Source: Candidatus Eiseniibacteriota bacterium
Lineage (GTDB): Bacteria; Eisenbacteria; RBG-16-71-46
Direction of reading: 5' to 3'
Assembly: GCA_963725865.1 (NCBI GenBank)
Contig: CAVSAC010000009.1
Location: 1-64,000, forward strand
Length of the DNA stretch: 64,000 nucleotides
Shown: positions 55,251 through 64,000 of the stretch, piece after piece
Layout: each line of letters starts with the position of its first letter
Position numbering within the stretch: position 1 is the stretch's first letter
The notes under the pieces: generated by a model
Seen by the model: only the letters and a program-made list of their open reading frames with translations
What the model was told of the DNA's origin: nothing
The model's database searches: none
Made by a program: the position numbers and the translations under genes

Positions 55251-57152
55251 TCATCCGCGCTCGCGCCGCATGCGGCGCTGGTAGAAGTAGGACACCGCCA
55301 GCAACGCCACGCCCACCAGCACCGCGCTCACGAAGCGCCAGAACACGTCCACCTGGGCGAGGTCGCCGAGCACGAACTTGAGCACCGTGAGGCCGAGCAG
55401 CCCGAGCCCGAGCCAGCGCAGGAACGACGAGCGCCCGCCCCAGCCGACCGCCACCAGCGCCGCGGCCTGCAGCGTCCACAGCGCGCTGGTGAGGAACGCG
55501 CGCAGCATGCCGACGCGTTGGGCTGCGGGCGGTACCCCCAGCTCGGGCGGGCGTGCCCAGCGGCCGCCGGTGCCCTCGAGCGCGCGCGCCAGGTGATCGG
55601 ATTCGGTGGCGCTGTAGATCAGCAGCATCACCATCGCCGCGGTGACCCAGCCGCGCGACAGCAGCCGGCGCCACTCGCCGCGGAAGCGCTCCTCGCGGCC
55701 GAGCAGTGCGCCGGTCAGCAGCAGCAGCACGAGGCCGCCGAGCATGCGCAGGCCGTGCGCGTCCACGAACGGCAGCGCCATGGCGTCGCCGCTGCGATCG
55801 AGCAGCGCGAACAGGTGCGCGAGGGCGCCGAGGAACGAGACCACCGCGCCGCAGCCGCGCAGCCACGCGCCGCGACGGCCGGCGCCGAGCCACACCAGCA
55901 CCGCGCCCTCGGCGAGCCACGCCAGCGACACGTACGACGAGCCCGCCCAGCGCTCGAGCGCGAGGGTGACGAACAGCGTCGCCGCCGCTGCGAGCGGGCG
56001 CCAGGCGTCGTCGCGCTCGCGGCGCGAGTCGATCCACCACGCCGCGGCGACGTACACCGCGGCCAGCGCGATCAGCAGCATCGCCGCCCGGCTCCGCCCG
56101 ACGTACTCGATGAACGGCCACGACACCAGCGCGAACATCAGGGGTGCGGTCACGATCACCGCCAGAGTGGCCGGGCGCGCGGGCTCCGGGTCGCGCGCCA
56201 GGCGCGCCACCGGCGCGAGCGCCGCGCCGCTGTAGAGCAGCGCGAGCCCGATCTGCAACGCCCAGCCCCAGTCGCCCTGCGGGAAGGTGGCGAACCACGT
56301 CACGGTGGTGAGCACCAGCGCCATCAGGTCGAGCAGCGACCAGCCCGCGCGCGCGGCGAGCACGAACACCACCACGTCCACCAGCGCGAGGTAGGCGAGC
56401 AGCTCCGGTGCGCCCAGATCGAAGCCGCGCAGGTGGAGCACGCTTGCCATCACCTGGGGCACGAACGCGCCGATCACGCCCAGCGCCGCCACGCCCTGCG
56501 AGCGGTAGCGCAGCCCGACCGCGACGCTGCCGAGCGCGACCACCGCCAGCAGTGGCAGCGCGGCCGCCGAGGGCAGGACGTGGAGCGTGAACCAGCCCAG
56601 GTAGATCGCGAGGTAGACGACGCCCAGGCCGATGCCGATGAGCGCGTGGCCGATCGGAGTGAGGGTGCGGGCCAGCCGGTCGCCGCGCCACACCAGCGCC
56701 AGTCCGAGCAGTACGCCGGCGATCACCAGGATGCCGGGGCCGAGGCGGCCGGTGGTGTAGCCCCACACGATGCTGAAGAACGCGCCCACCAGCACCAGCA
56801 CCGCGCCCACGTTCTGCAGCCACAGCCCGCCCACCATCTCCTCGGCTTGCGCCTGATCGAAGAACGCCCGCGGCGTGCCCGTCGCCACGGCGGGTGTGCC
56901 CGGCGGCGGCGGTGGTGCGATCGGCATGGGGGCGACGGGCGCCGGGAACGGGATCGGCGGAGGTGGCTGGGGCTCGGCGCCCGGCTCGCGCGGCGCGGGC
57001 ACGGCGGCGAGCGCCGCGCCGCGCTCGGCCTCGAGCTGGCGCACGCGCTCGCGCAGCTGCAGCGCCTCGCGCTCGGCGCGCAGCGCCACCACCAGCGCCC
57101 AGACCGGAAGCGCCAGCCAGGCGAGACTCAGCAGCGAGACCAGGAACCACAC
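55251..57152 (-). CDS. DUF2339 family multi-pass membrane protein
   Basis: EEMVGGLWL..VGAVLVL.G.FF; C-terminal LTVLKFVLGDL...RFVSAVLVG.ALL.VSYFYQR. Confidence 0.8.
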   Translation of the reverse strand: MWFLVSLLSLAWLALPVWALVVALRAEREALQLRERVRQLEAERGAALAAVPAPREPGAEPQPPPPIPFPAPVAPMPIAPPPPPGTPAVATGTPRAFFDQAQAEEMVGGLWLQNVGAVLVLVGAFFSIVWGYTTGRLGPGILVIAGVLLGLALVWRGDRLARTLTPIGHALIGIGLGVVYLAIYLGWFTLHVLPSAAALPLLAVVALGSVAVGLRYRSQGVAALGVIGAFVPQVMASVLHLRGFDLGAPELLAYLALVDVVVFVLAARAGWSLLDLMALVLTTVTWFATFPQGDWGWALQIGLALLYSGAALAPVARLARDPEPARPATLAVIVTAPLMFALVSWPFIEYVGRSRAAMLLIALAAVYVAAAWWIDSRRERDDAWRPLAAAATLFVTLALERWAGSSYVSLAWLAEGAVLVWLGAGRRGAWLRGCGAVVSFLGALAHLFALLDRSGDAMALPFVDAHGLRMLGGLVLLLLTGALLGREERFRGEWRRLLSRGWVTAAMVMLLIYSATESDHLARALEGTGGRWARPPELGVPPAAQRVGMLRAFLTSALWTLQAAALVAVGWGGRSSFLRWLGLGLLGLTVLKFVLGDLAQVDVFWRFVSAVLVGVALLAVSYFYQRRMRRERG

Positions 57153-57254
57153 GGCGCGACCCTCCGTGATCGAGGCGCGATGATCCGGACCGCCGCAGCA
57201 TAGCGCCAGCGGCCCGCGCGCGGAACCTCGGCCGCGCCCGTGGTAGGGTGCGGC

Positions 57255-58112
57255 ATGCTCTCTCGGCGACGGTTCCTGCGCCTCGGGGCCGAGCTCGCCG
57301 CCGCGGGCGTGGTCGCCGGCTTCTATTCGGTACGCATCGAGACCCACTGGCTCGACATCACCCACCGGCTGCTGCCGGTCGAGGGGCTGCCGCCTGCGCT
57401 CCACGGACGCCGACTGGTGCAGCTCAGCGACATCCACGTGGGCGGCTTCACCGACGACTACTACATCGTCTCGGTGCTCGAGCGCGTGCGCGCCATGGCG
57501 CCCGACTTCGTCGCCTACACCGGCGATCAGGTCACGCAGCGGCGCGGTGGCCCGTTCATGGAGCGCCTGGCGGGCGTGATGGACCATGTCGCGCGCGGCC
57601 GGCTCGGCACCGTCGGCGTGCTCGGCAACCACGATTACGGGGGCGGCTGGTACGGCGGCGAGTACCTGCAGGGGCGTGCCGCCGAGGTGACGGCACACCT
57701 CGAGGCCGCCGGCGTCACCGTGCTGCGCAACGCCAACGTCACGCTCGCCGGTCTCACCTTCGTCGGTATCGAGGACCTGTGGAGCGGGCATCACGACATC
57801 CCGCGCGCCCTCCACGGGGTGCCGGCGAGCGCGCCGGCGCTGCTGCTGTGCCACAACCCCGACGGCGCCGATTTGCCCGATTGGGCCGGGCGACGCGGCT
57901 GGATGCTGTCGGGTCACACCCACGGCGGCCAGGTGAAGCTGCCGTTCCTGCCGCCGCCGGTGCTCAACGTGAAGGACCGGCGCCACTACGCCGGCGCCTA
58001 CGACCTCGGCGCCGGGCGCCGGCTCTACGTCTCGCGCGGCGTGGGCTACGTCACCCCGCTGCGCCTCGGCGTGCGTCCCGAGGTGGCGGTGTTCACGCTG
58101 GTGCCGGCATGA
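57255..58112 (+). CDS. Metallophosphoesterase (YkuE-like) with Tat signal
   Basis: SRRRFL, SDIH, TGD, LGNHD, CHNPD, SGHTHGGQ, YVSRGVG. Confidence 0.9.
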   Translation: MLSRRRFLRLGAELAAAGVVAGFYSVRIETHWLDITHRLLPVEGLPPALHGRRLVQLSDIHVGGFTDDYYIVSVLERVRAMAPDFVAYTGDQVTQRRGGPFMERLAGVMDHVARGRLGTVGVLGNHDYGGGWYGGEYLQGRAAEVTAHLEAAGVTVLRNANVTLAGLTFVGIEDLWSGHHDIPRALHGVPASAPALLLCHNPDGADLPDWAGRRGWMLSGHTHGGQVKLPFLPPPVLNVKDRRHYAGAYDLGAGRRLYVSRGVGYVTPLRLGVRPEVAVFTLVPA

Positions 58113-61081
58113 GGCGCGGCCCCGGCACCACTCGAGTCGCGCGGCGCCTCGAGCGCGAGCAGCGACGGCACCGAGTCGGGATCGGCGAGGCGCAGCAGAC
58201 CGTAGCCGATGCCGGCGAGCCCGTTCATGAGCCCGGGCGCCTCGACCGCCGCCATGGTGCCGCATCGCCAGCCGCCGTCCTCGGCGCTGTCGAGCACCGC
58301 CGCGGTCCAGCCGGCGCACTCGTCGCGGAGCGCATCCATGCCGAGCGTGCGCGCGGCGAGCAGGAGCACGTCGAGGTTGCCGAGGTCGCCGTGGCAGAGG
58401 CAGTGGTTCTTCCCGAAGCCCCGGCGCGCCACCACTTCCGCCAGCGCCACCGCCTCGACGCGCGCTGCCTCGGCCGCACCGCTCTCCACCGCGGCGAGCC
58501 GCGCGACCAGCAGGCCGGGCAGGCCGTAGCACCAACTCATCGAGAGCGTGCGCTCGGCGCTGCCGGCGAGCGCCGAGGCCGCGGGTGCGGGCGACTCCGA
58601 GGTCCGCCAGCGCTCGATCGACGGACGCAGCCAGGCGCTCTCCGCCCGCAGCGCGGCCAGCGCGCGGGCGCGCAGGGCCTGCGCACCGGTGGTCCGCGCC
58701 AGCAGCAGCAGCGCGTGCGCGATGCCCGAGGTGCCGTGCGCGAACCCGGTCGCGGGCTCCTCGCCGCTCAGCCGGTTCCACCACAGCGGGCCGTCGGGGC
58801 CGTCGCGGGCCACCGCGGCGAGGCGCTCGCCGCACGCCCGGGCCAGCGCCAGCGCGCGCCCATCACGCGCGACGTGCTCGAGCGCGAGCGCTGCCGCGAT
58901 CACCCCGGCGCCTCCCGCCACCACGTCGAGCTCCTCGTCGGCCTCGCAAAGACGCTCGAGCGCCCCGAGTCGCGCGAGCGCCTCGCGGACCAGGGCGTCG
59001 TCCCGCCACAGCGCGGCGCAGTGGGCGAGCGTGTAGACCGTGCCGGCGAGTCCCTGGAACAGCCCGCGCTCCAGGCGCGCCGGCTCGGTGCGCCCGAGCG
59101 CCTCGAGGGTGGCGCAGAGGCCGCGGCGCGCGAGACGCGTGAACGACTCGTCGCCGGTGAGCGCGCCGAGTCGGGCGAGGAACAGCACGATGCCCGGCAC
59201 ACCCGAGTACAGGTCCGTGGCCTCGGCATTCAGCGTCCATCCGTTGGCGCGGAAATCGAGCGCGATCCAGGTGGCGCGCTCGTCGTCGCCGACCGCCATG
59301 CGCTCGAACCAGCGTCCGAGCGAGCGCGCCGCCACGAGCAGTCTTGCCCGCTGCGCCTCGTGCGACGGCGCGCGTTCGCCGCGCGCCAGCACGTACGCGC
59401 TCCACTCGCCGCGGTCACGGTTGAGCACCTCCATCCCCAGCGCGGCGCGCACCAGCCAGGCCTCGCGCTCGACATCGCGCTCGTCCATCGCGGCCAGCCG
59501 CCGGCACGCCTCGTCGAGCGCCGACTCCGCGAACAGGTCGCGCCGCGACTCGCCGCGGCTGTCCCAGAGATGGCGCGACCCGGGTTGGCTCGTGAACACC
59601 GGGACGTCGCCGGCCCGCAGGTCGTCGCGCTCGGACTTCGCCACCGCGCGCAGCTCCACCGCGTCGCTCAGGCCCTGCAGGCGGTCGAACAGCGCGTCGC
59701 GCGCAGCCTCCTCGCGCAGCACGTCGGGGTTCCAGCTCTCGTCGATGAGCAGGCCGTACACGCGCGTCGGGCGCATCACCACGCGTACCCGGTCCCGGGC
59801 GAAGCGGCGCAGCGGCCCCTCCGGTGGGAGCAGGAGGTCGCGCTCGCGCACCAGCCAGGCCCTCATGGCGCGGAAGCCCCCGCTCATCGCCTCGGCGTGC
59901 GCGGTCGGGTCGATCTCGCGGCCGGCGAGCGTAGGACGATTGTGACCGGGCTCCAGCGGCAGCGGCTCGCGCACCGCGTGCATGTCGTCGCGCCCGACGT
60001 CGCGCCAGCGCAGCACCGGGTCGGGCGCCTGCTGGCCCGAGGCGGCGGCGACGCCGCTCAGGTCGGCCTCGGCGTCCTCGCCGTTGACGCGGTAGGGCAG
60101 CAATCCCACGCGCAGCACGGAGTCCTCGAGCGCGGAGGCGGTGGCGCGATGCTCCCGCGTCCGGGCGGCCAGCGACGGGGGCGTGGGATGGAACAGCGTC
60201 TCGAGATCGACCAGCACCGGGTGCTCGCCCGCGGCGATGAGGTTCTCGAAATGGACGTCGACGGCGCGCACCGCGTGGAGCACCGCGAGCAGCGCGCCCA
60301 GGCGCACGTGGTAGCGACGCACCGCGTCCTCGTCCGCGCACGGCGCTGCGGCCACGTGCTCCACCCAGCCATGGTGGCCGCCATCGAGGACGCGCGGCGC
60401 GCGCAGCGACTCGGGAGCGCCACGCGCCGCGAGCCAGTCCACCAGCTCGCGAAAGTGAGCGTCCACCGCCAGCGGCCGCGGCTTGTAGACCAGGCGCGCG
60501 CCCCGGGCGAAGTGCAGCAGCACGACCGAGCGCCCGTCGGCGTGCGTGTCGCCCGCTCCCGCGTCCGCCTCGACCACGGGGCCGGGATCCGCGCCGTCGA
60601 AGAACGTGCGACGGATCAGCGGACCGTCGGCGGTGAGGCGCGCGACCAACTCGAGCGACGCCTCGAGGCTCTGGCGCGCGCGGTCGTCGATCTGCCGTGC
60701 GAGGACGCCGTACTCCGCGAACAGCGCCGCCGCCCGCTCCGGTTCGCGCAGCCCCGCGACGAAGCTCTCGAAGCGGGCCTCGGGCGTGTCGCCTTCGAGC
60801 TGCTCGAGCATGCGCGCGCAGTTCAGCTCGAGCACCAGCGTGGGCAGGCTCATCCAGAGCCAGCGTCGCGCCAGCCGCTCGCTCCACGCCGACTCGAGCG
60901 CGTCCGCGTCGAGCGTCAGACCCTCGGCGCGGCGCGGGGCCGCGGCGAGCGCGGCGCGGAGCCGGGCGCGGAAGCGGGCGAGCACGGGGCAGAGCGGCGC
61001 CAGCAGTGGCGCCATCGCGTCCTCGCTCAACCGCCCGGGCCACCAGGCGGGATCGAAGGATCCGGAGCCTGCGACGGTCAC
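58046..61081 (-). CDS. lanM: Class II lanthipeptide synthetase
   Basis: Dehydratase motifs GDTHADGRSV, LVYKPR, GWVEHV, DVHFENLIA, VDLETLF, RVVMRPTRVY; cyclase motifs DLYSGVPG, GFAHGTSG, SWCYG, CLCHG; intact 1011-aa ORF. Confidence 0.95.
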   Translation of the reverse strand: MTVAGSGSFDPAWWPGRLSEDAMAPLLAPLCPVLARFRARLRAALAAAPRRAEGLTLDADALESAWSERLARRWLWMSLPTLVLELNCARMLEQLEGDTPEARFESFVAGLREPERAAALFAEYGVLARQIDDRARQSLEASLELVARLTADGPLIRRTFFDGADPGPVVEADAGAGDTHADGRSVVLLHFARGARLVYKPRPLAVDAHFRELVDWLAARGAPESLRAPRVLDGGHHGWVEHVAAAPCADEDAVRRYHVRLGALLAVLHAVRAVDVHFENLIAAGEHPVLVDLETLFHPTPPSLAARTREHRATASALEDSVLRVGLLPYRVNGEDAEADLSGVAAASGQQAPDPVLRWRDVGRDDMHAVREPLPLEPGHNRPTLAGREIDPTAHAEAMSGGFRAMRAWLVRERDLLLPPEGPLRRFARDRVRVVMRPTRVYGLLIDESWNPDVLREEAARDALFDRLQGLSDAVELRAVAKSERDDLRAGDVPVFTSQPGSRHLWDSRGESRRDLFAESALDEACRRLAAMDERDVEREAWLVRAALGMEVLNRDRGEWSAYVLARGERAPSHEAQRARLLVAARSLGRWFERMAVGDDERATWIALDFRANGWTLNAEATDLYSGVPGIVLFLARLGALTGDESFTRLARRGLCATLEALGRTEPARLERGLFQGLAGTVYTLAHCAALWRDDALVREALARLGALERLCEADEELDVVAGGAGVIAAALALEHVARDGRALALARACGERLAAVARDGPDGPLWWNRLSGEEPATGFAHGTSGIAHALLLLARTTGAQALRARALAALRAESAWLRPSIERWRTSESPAPAASALAGSAERTLSMSWCYGLPGLLVARLAAVESGAAEAARVEAVALAEVVARRGFGKNHCLCHGDLGNLDVLLLAARTLGMDALRDECAGWTAAVLDSAEDGGWRCGTMAAVEAPGLMNGLAGIGYGLLRLADPDSVPSLLALEAPRDSSGAGAAPHAGTSVNTATSGRTPRRSGVT

Positions 61082-61101
61082 CGGATGCGCACCCTTCGTG
61101 A

Positions 61102-61143
61102 CGACGGGAGCGGCTGGGCCGCGAGGCCCCTCCGCTCCCGTCG
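61102..61143 (-). terminator. Long stem-loop between lanA and lanM
   Basis: CGACGGGAGCGG-CT-GGGCC-GCGA-GGCCC-CT-CCGCTCCCGTCG. Confidence 0.65.
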
Positions 61144-61160
61144 CGATCGGATCCCGTCCG

Positions 61161-61367
61161 CTAGGCGCAGCAGCGGGAGAGCACGGTGTACAGCGTGCAG
61201 AACCAGGCAGTCGTCAGCTTGCTGGTGCCGGCCGCGCGGCGCAGCTGGGTCTCGGCGAGGCCCATCGCGCCCACGGGGCTCGCGGGTATCGCCGCACGGC
61301 CCGAATCCTCGAGCTGAGCCCTGAACTTCGGGTCCTTCCACGCGCGGACGATCTCCGACTTCGACAT
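61161..61367 (-). CDS. lanA: Mersacidin/lichenicidin-family lanthipeptide precursor (68 aa)
   Basis: Leader IVRAWKDPKFRAQL..IPASPVG..L.ETQL..AAG; core TSKLTTAWFCTLYTVLSRCCA; AGGAGG RBS; immediately upstream of lanM. Confidence 0.9.
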   Translation of the reverse strand: MSKSEIVRAWKDPKFRAQLEDSGRAAIPASPVGAMGLAETQLRRAAGTSKLTTAWFCTLYTVLSRCCA

Positions 61368-61629
61368 CGGATGCCTCCTGGTTGGGGGGTCTGTCGTGCT
61401 CCATTCTGGAGCCAGCGGGACGCTAGGCTCGGTGCGAGGTGGTCGCAAGACAATTCCCTGCCGCGTTCGATCGCTCGCACCGCAGGCGGATGGGATTGCG
61501 AATGTGCGAACGAGTGCCGCGGCGCGCGGCGGGTGCCCGCGCTCGCGCGGCTCGCGCGCGGGACCGGGTCAGCGCGGCGGCGGCTGCGCGCCGGAGCCCG
61601 GACGCCCGGGCCGAGCGGGCGCTCGCGGC

Positions 61630-62763
<1,134 letters not shown>

Positions 62764-62935
62764 GGGGCTCCTCGAGCGTGCGGGGATCGATCGCGCGCCG
62801 TGCCTGCGGGCGCGCGCGGGGCGCACTGTAGCCGGTGGGCCGCGCCGATGCCAGCGCGCCGGCCGGCCGGACGCGGCGACGAGGGCCCGCCTCGCGACGG
62901 GCCCTCGCGCGCACCGCCGCCGGGATCGTCCGGCG

Positions 62936-63470
62936 TCAGGGACGACGCCGGAGTGCCGCCCGGTGGAGCGCGGCCCGGATCCGCGGGACATCGATGTTCC
63001 ACGGTCCCGGGTCTCCGTCGATCACGATCCCCGGATCGATCATGTACTGCCCGACGATCCGCGCCAGGTCGCACTGCGAGCACGAGTCGTCGATGTCCAC
63101 GAAGGAATACGGGACCACGTCCGGACCCCGAGCCGGTGGACGCGCGCCCGCGTGGGCCCGTGCCCACCGGCCGCAACGGGGCCGAGCGCGTCCCCACCTC
63201 GACCATCACGTTCTTGGTGCCCAGCACCGGACGGCTTGCGAAGTTGACGACGTGATCGTGCGCCAGCGAGCGCCAGCACACCGTGTCGCCCTTCCTCACC
63301 CGCAGCACCACCGGCAGGCCGGGCGCGAGGGGCCTGCCGTTCACGGTCACCCGCACCAGCCGCCCGCGCTTCAGCACCACTTCGAATCGCCGCCGCGCCA
63401 GCGGCAGGGCGCCCGCGCCGGATGCGCGTCGCCGGGTTGGGCGGCCGGTGGACCCACGCTTCGTGGCCAT
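62936..63470 (-). CDS. Hypothetical protein with a beta-sandwich-like pattern (probable frameshift near 63125)
   Basis: AGGAGG RBS, MATKRGST..LPVVLRVRKGDTVCW..[frameshift]..VPYSFVD..MIDPGIVIDG. Confidence 0.5.
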
Positions 63471-63556
63471 CGCTGCACCTCCTGGTGGCGGACTCGTCCG
63501 GCGCGGCGGCCGCCACGCCGGTGCTGCAGATGCGCGCGGGGGGCGCGACGTCGCGA

Positions 63557-64000
63557 TCATCCGTCGATGACGAGGCTCGGATCGGTGGGGAGCGGATGGA
63601 GCTCGCCATCCCCACCCTGGAAGACCTCGAGCCCGGTCTCGACGTCGATCACCCGGTAGTAGTAGGTCTGGCCGACGGTCGCCGACTCGTGCACACCCTC
63701 CGGCCCCGCCGATGAAGGAGCCGTCCCCGGCACGCTCCGCCGGATGTAGCTCAGGCACTTGTGCACCAGGTTGGCGTCATGGGGATCGGGCTTGTAGAAC
63801 TCGATGAGGTATCCGTGCTGCTGCGTGTTCTTCCAGATCACGCGCTCGTGGTTCTTCTTGCTGAGATGGAGCACCACCGGGCTCAGCTGTCCCTTCGCCC
63901 CGATGGTGATCACCTTGGGCTCGGGCGGCGGCGCGGCGCGCACGGCGCGGATGCCGCCGCTCAGCGCGATCGCGGCGAGCGTGATGGACAGCACGGTGCG
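63557..64000 (-). CDS. Hypothetical secreted protein (start may lie beyond the window)
   Basis: Signal-peptide-like N-terminus, LSPVVLHLSKKNHERVIWKN..TYYYRV..PTDPSLVIDG. Confidence 0.55.
   Translation of the reverse strand, partial: RTVLSITLAAIALSGGIRAVRAAPPPEPKVITIGAKGQLSPVVLHLSKKNHERVIWKNTQQHGYLIEFYKPDPHDANLVHKCLSYIRRSVPGTAPSSAGPEGVHESATVGQTYYYRVIDVETGLEVFQGGDGELHPLPTDPSLVIDG

Noticed and set aside
57248..61324. 1358-aa plus-strand ORF, and similar long antisense ORFs such as 19455-22997
   Set aside because: Shadow ORFs opposite real genes, expected in high-GC DNA; Arg/Ala/Gly-rich with no motifs.
61078..61404. 108-aa alternative-frame ORF overlapping lanA and abutting the lanM start
   Set aside because: No motif or clear RBS; the lanA frame has the family signature and an AGGAGG RBS.

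Overview
High-GC (roughly 70-75% by eye) bacterial chromosomal segment with many single-base indels concentrated in blocks. These are most likely long-read assembly errors, so several genes are reconstructed across frames. Secreted proteins with a C-terminal 'PNP...G(L/V)YFVRA' FlgD-Ig/T9SS-like domain hint at an FCB-affiliated lineage such as Ca. Eisenbacteria (inference). Main contents in order: (1) a clade II nitrous-oxide reductase locus (hemerythrin, cytochrome c, nosZ, nosB, nosD, nosF, nosL, a cupredoxin-like gene, nosY, nnrS) divergent from a Crp/Fnr regulator with palindromic boxes; (2) a MacAB-like exporter, ferredoxin, HD protein, ECF sigma/anti-sigma pair and a giant FG-GAP protein; (3) a mutagenesis cassette (small DUF6504-like gene, dinB, VOC gene, unknown gene, dnaE2) behind a perfect LexA-like palindrome; (4) tandem active/inactive alpha/beta hydrolases followed by a 1.3 kb lower-GC insert bounded by a perfect 34-bp direct repeat; (5) housekeeping and transport genes (HU, lysC, amidohydrolase, CapA, MprF-like); (6) a Cyc2-like cytochrome-porin fusion; (7) a two-gene class II lanthipeptide cluster (lanA-lanM); (8) a deoxyhypusine synthase-like gene and two unknown 'DP-x-x-VIDG' proteins. 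No rRNA, tRNA, CRISPR array, transposase or integrase was recognised.
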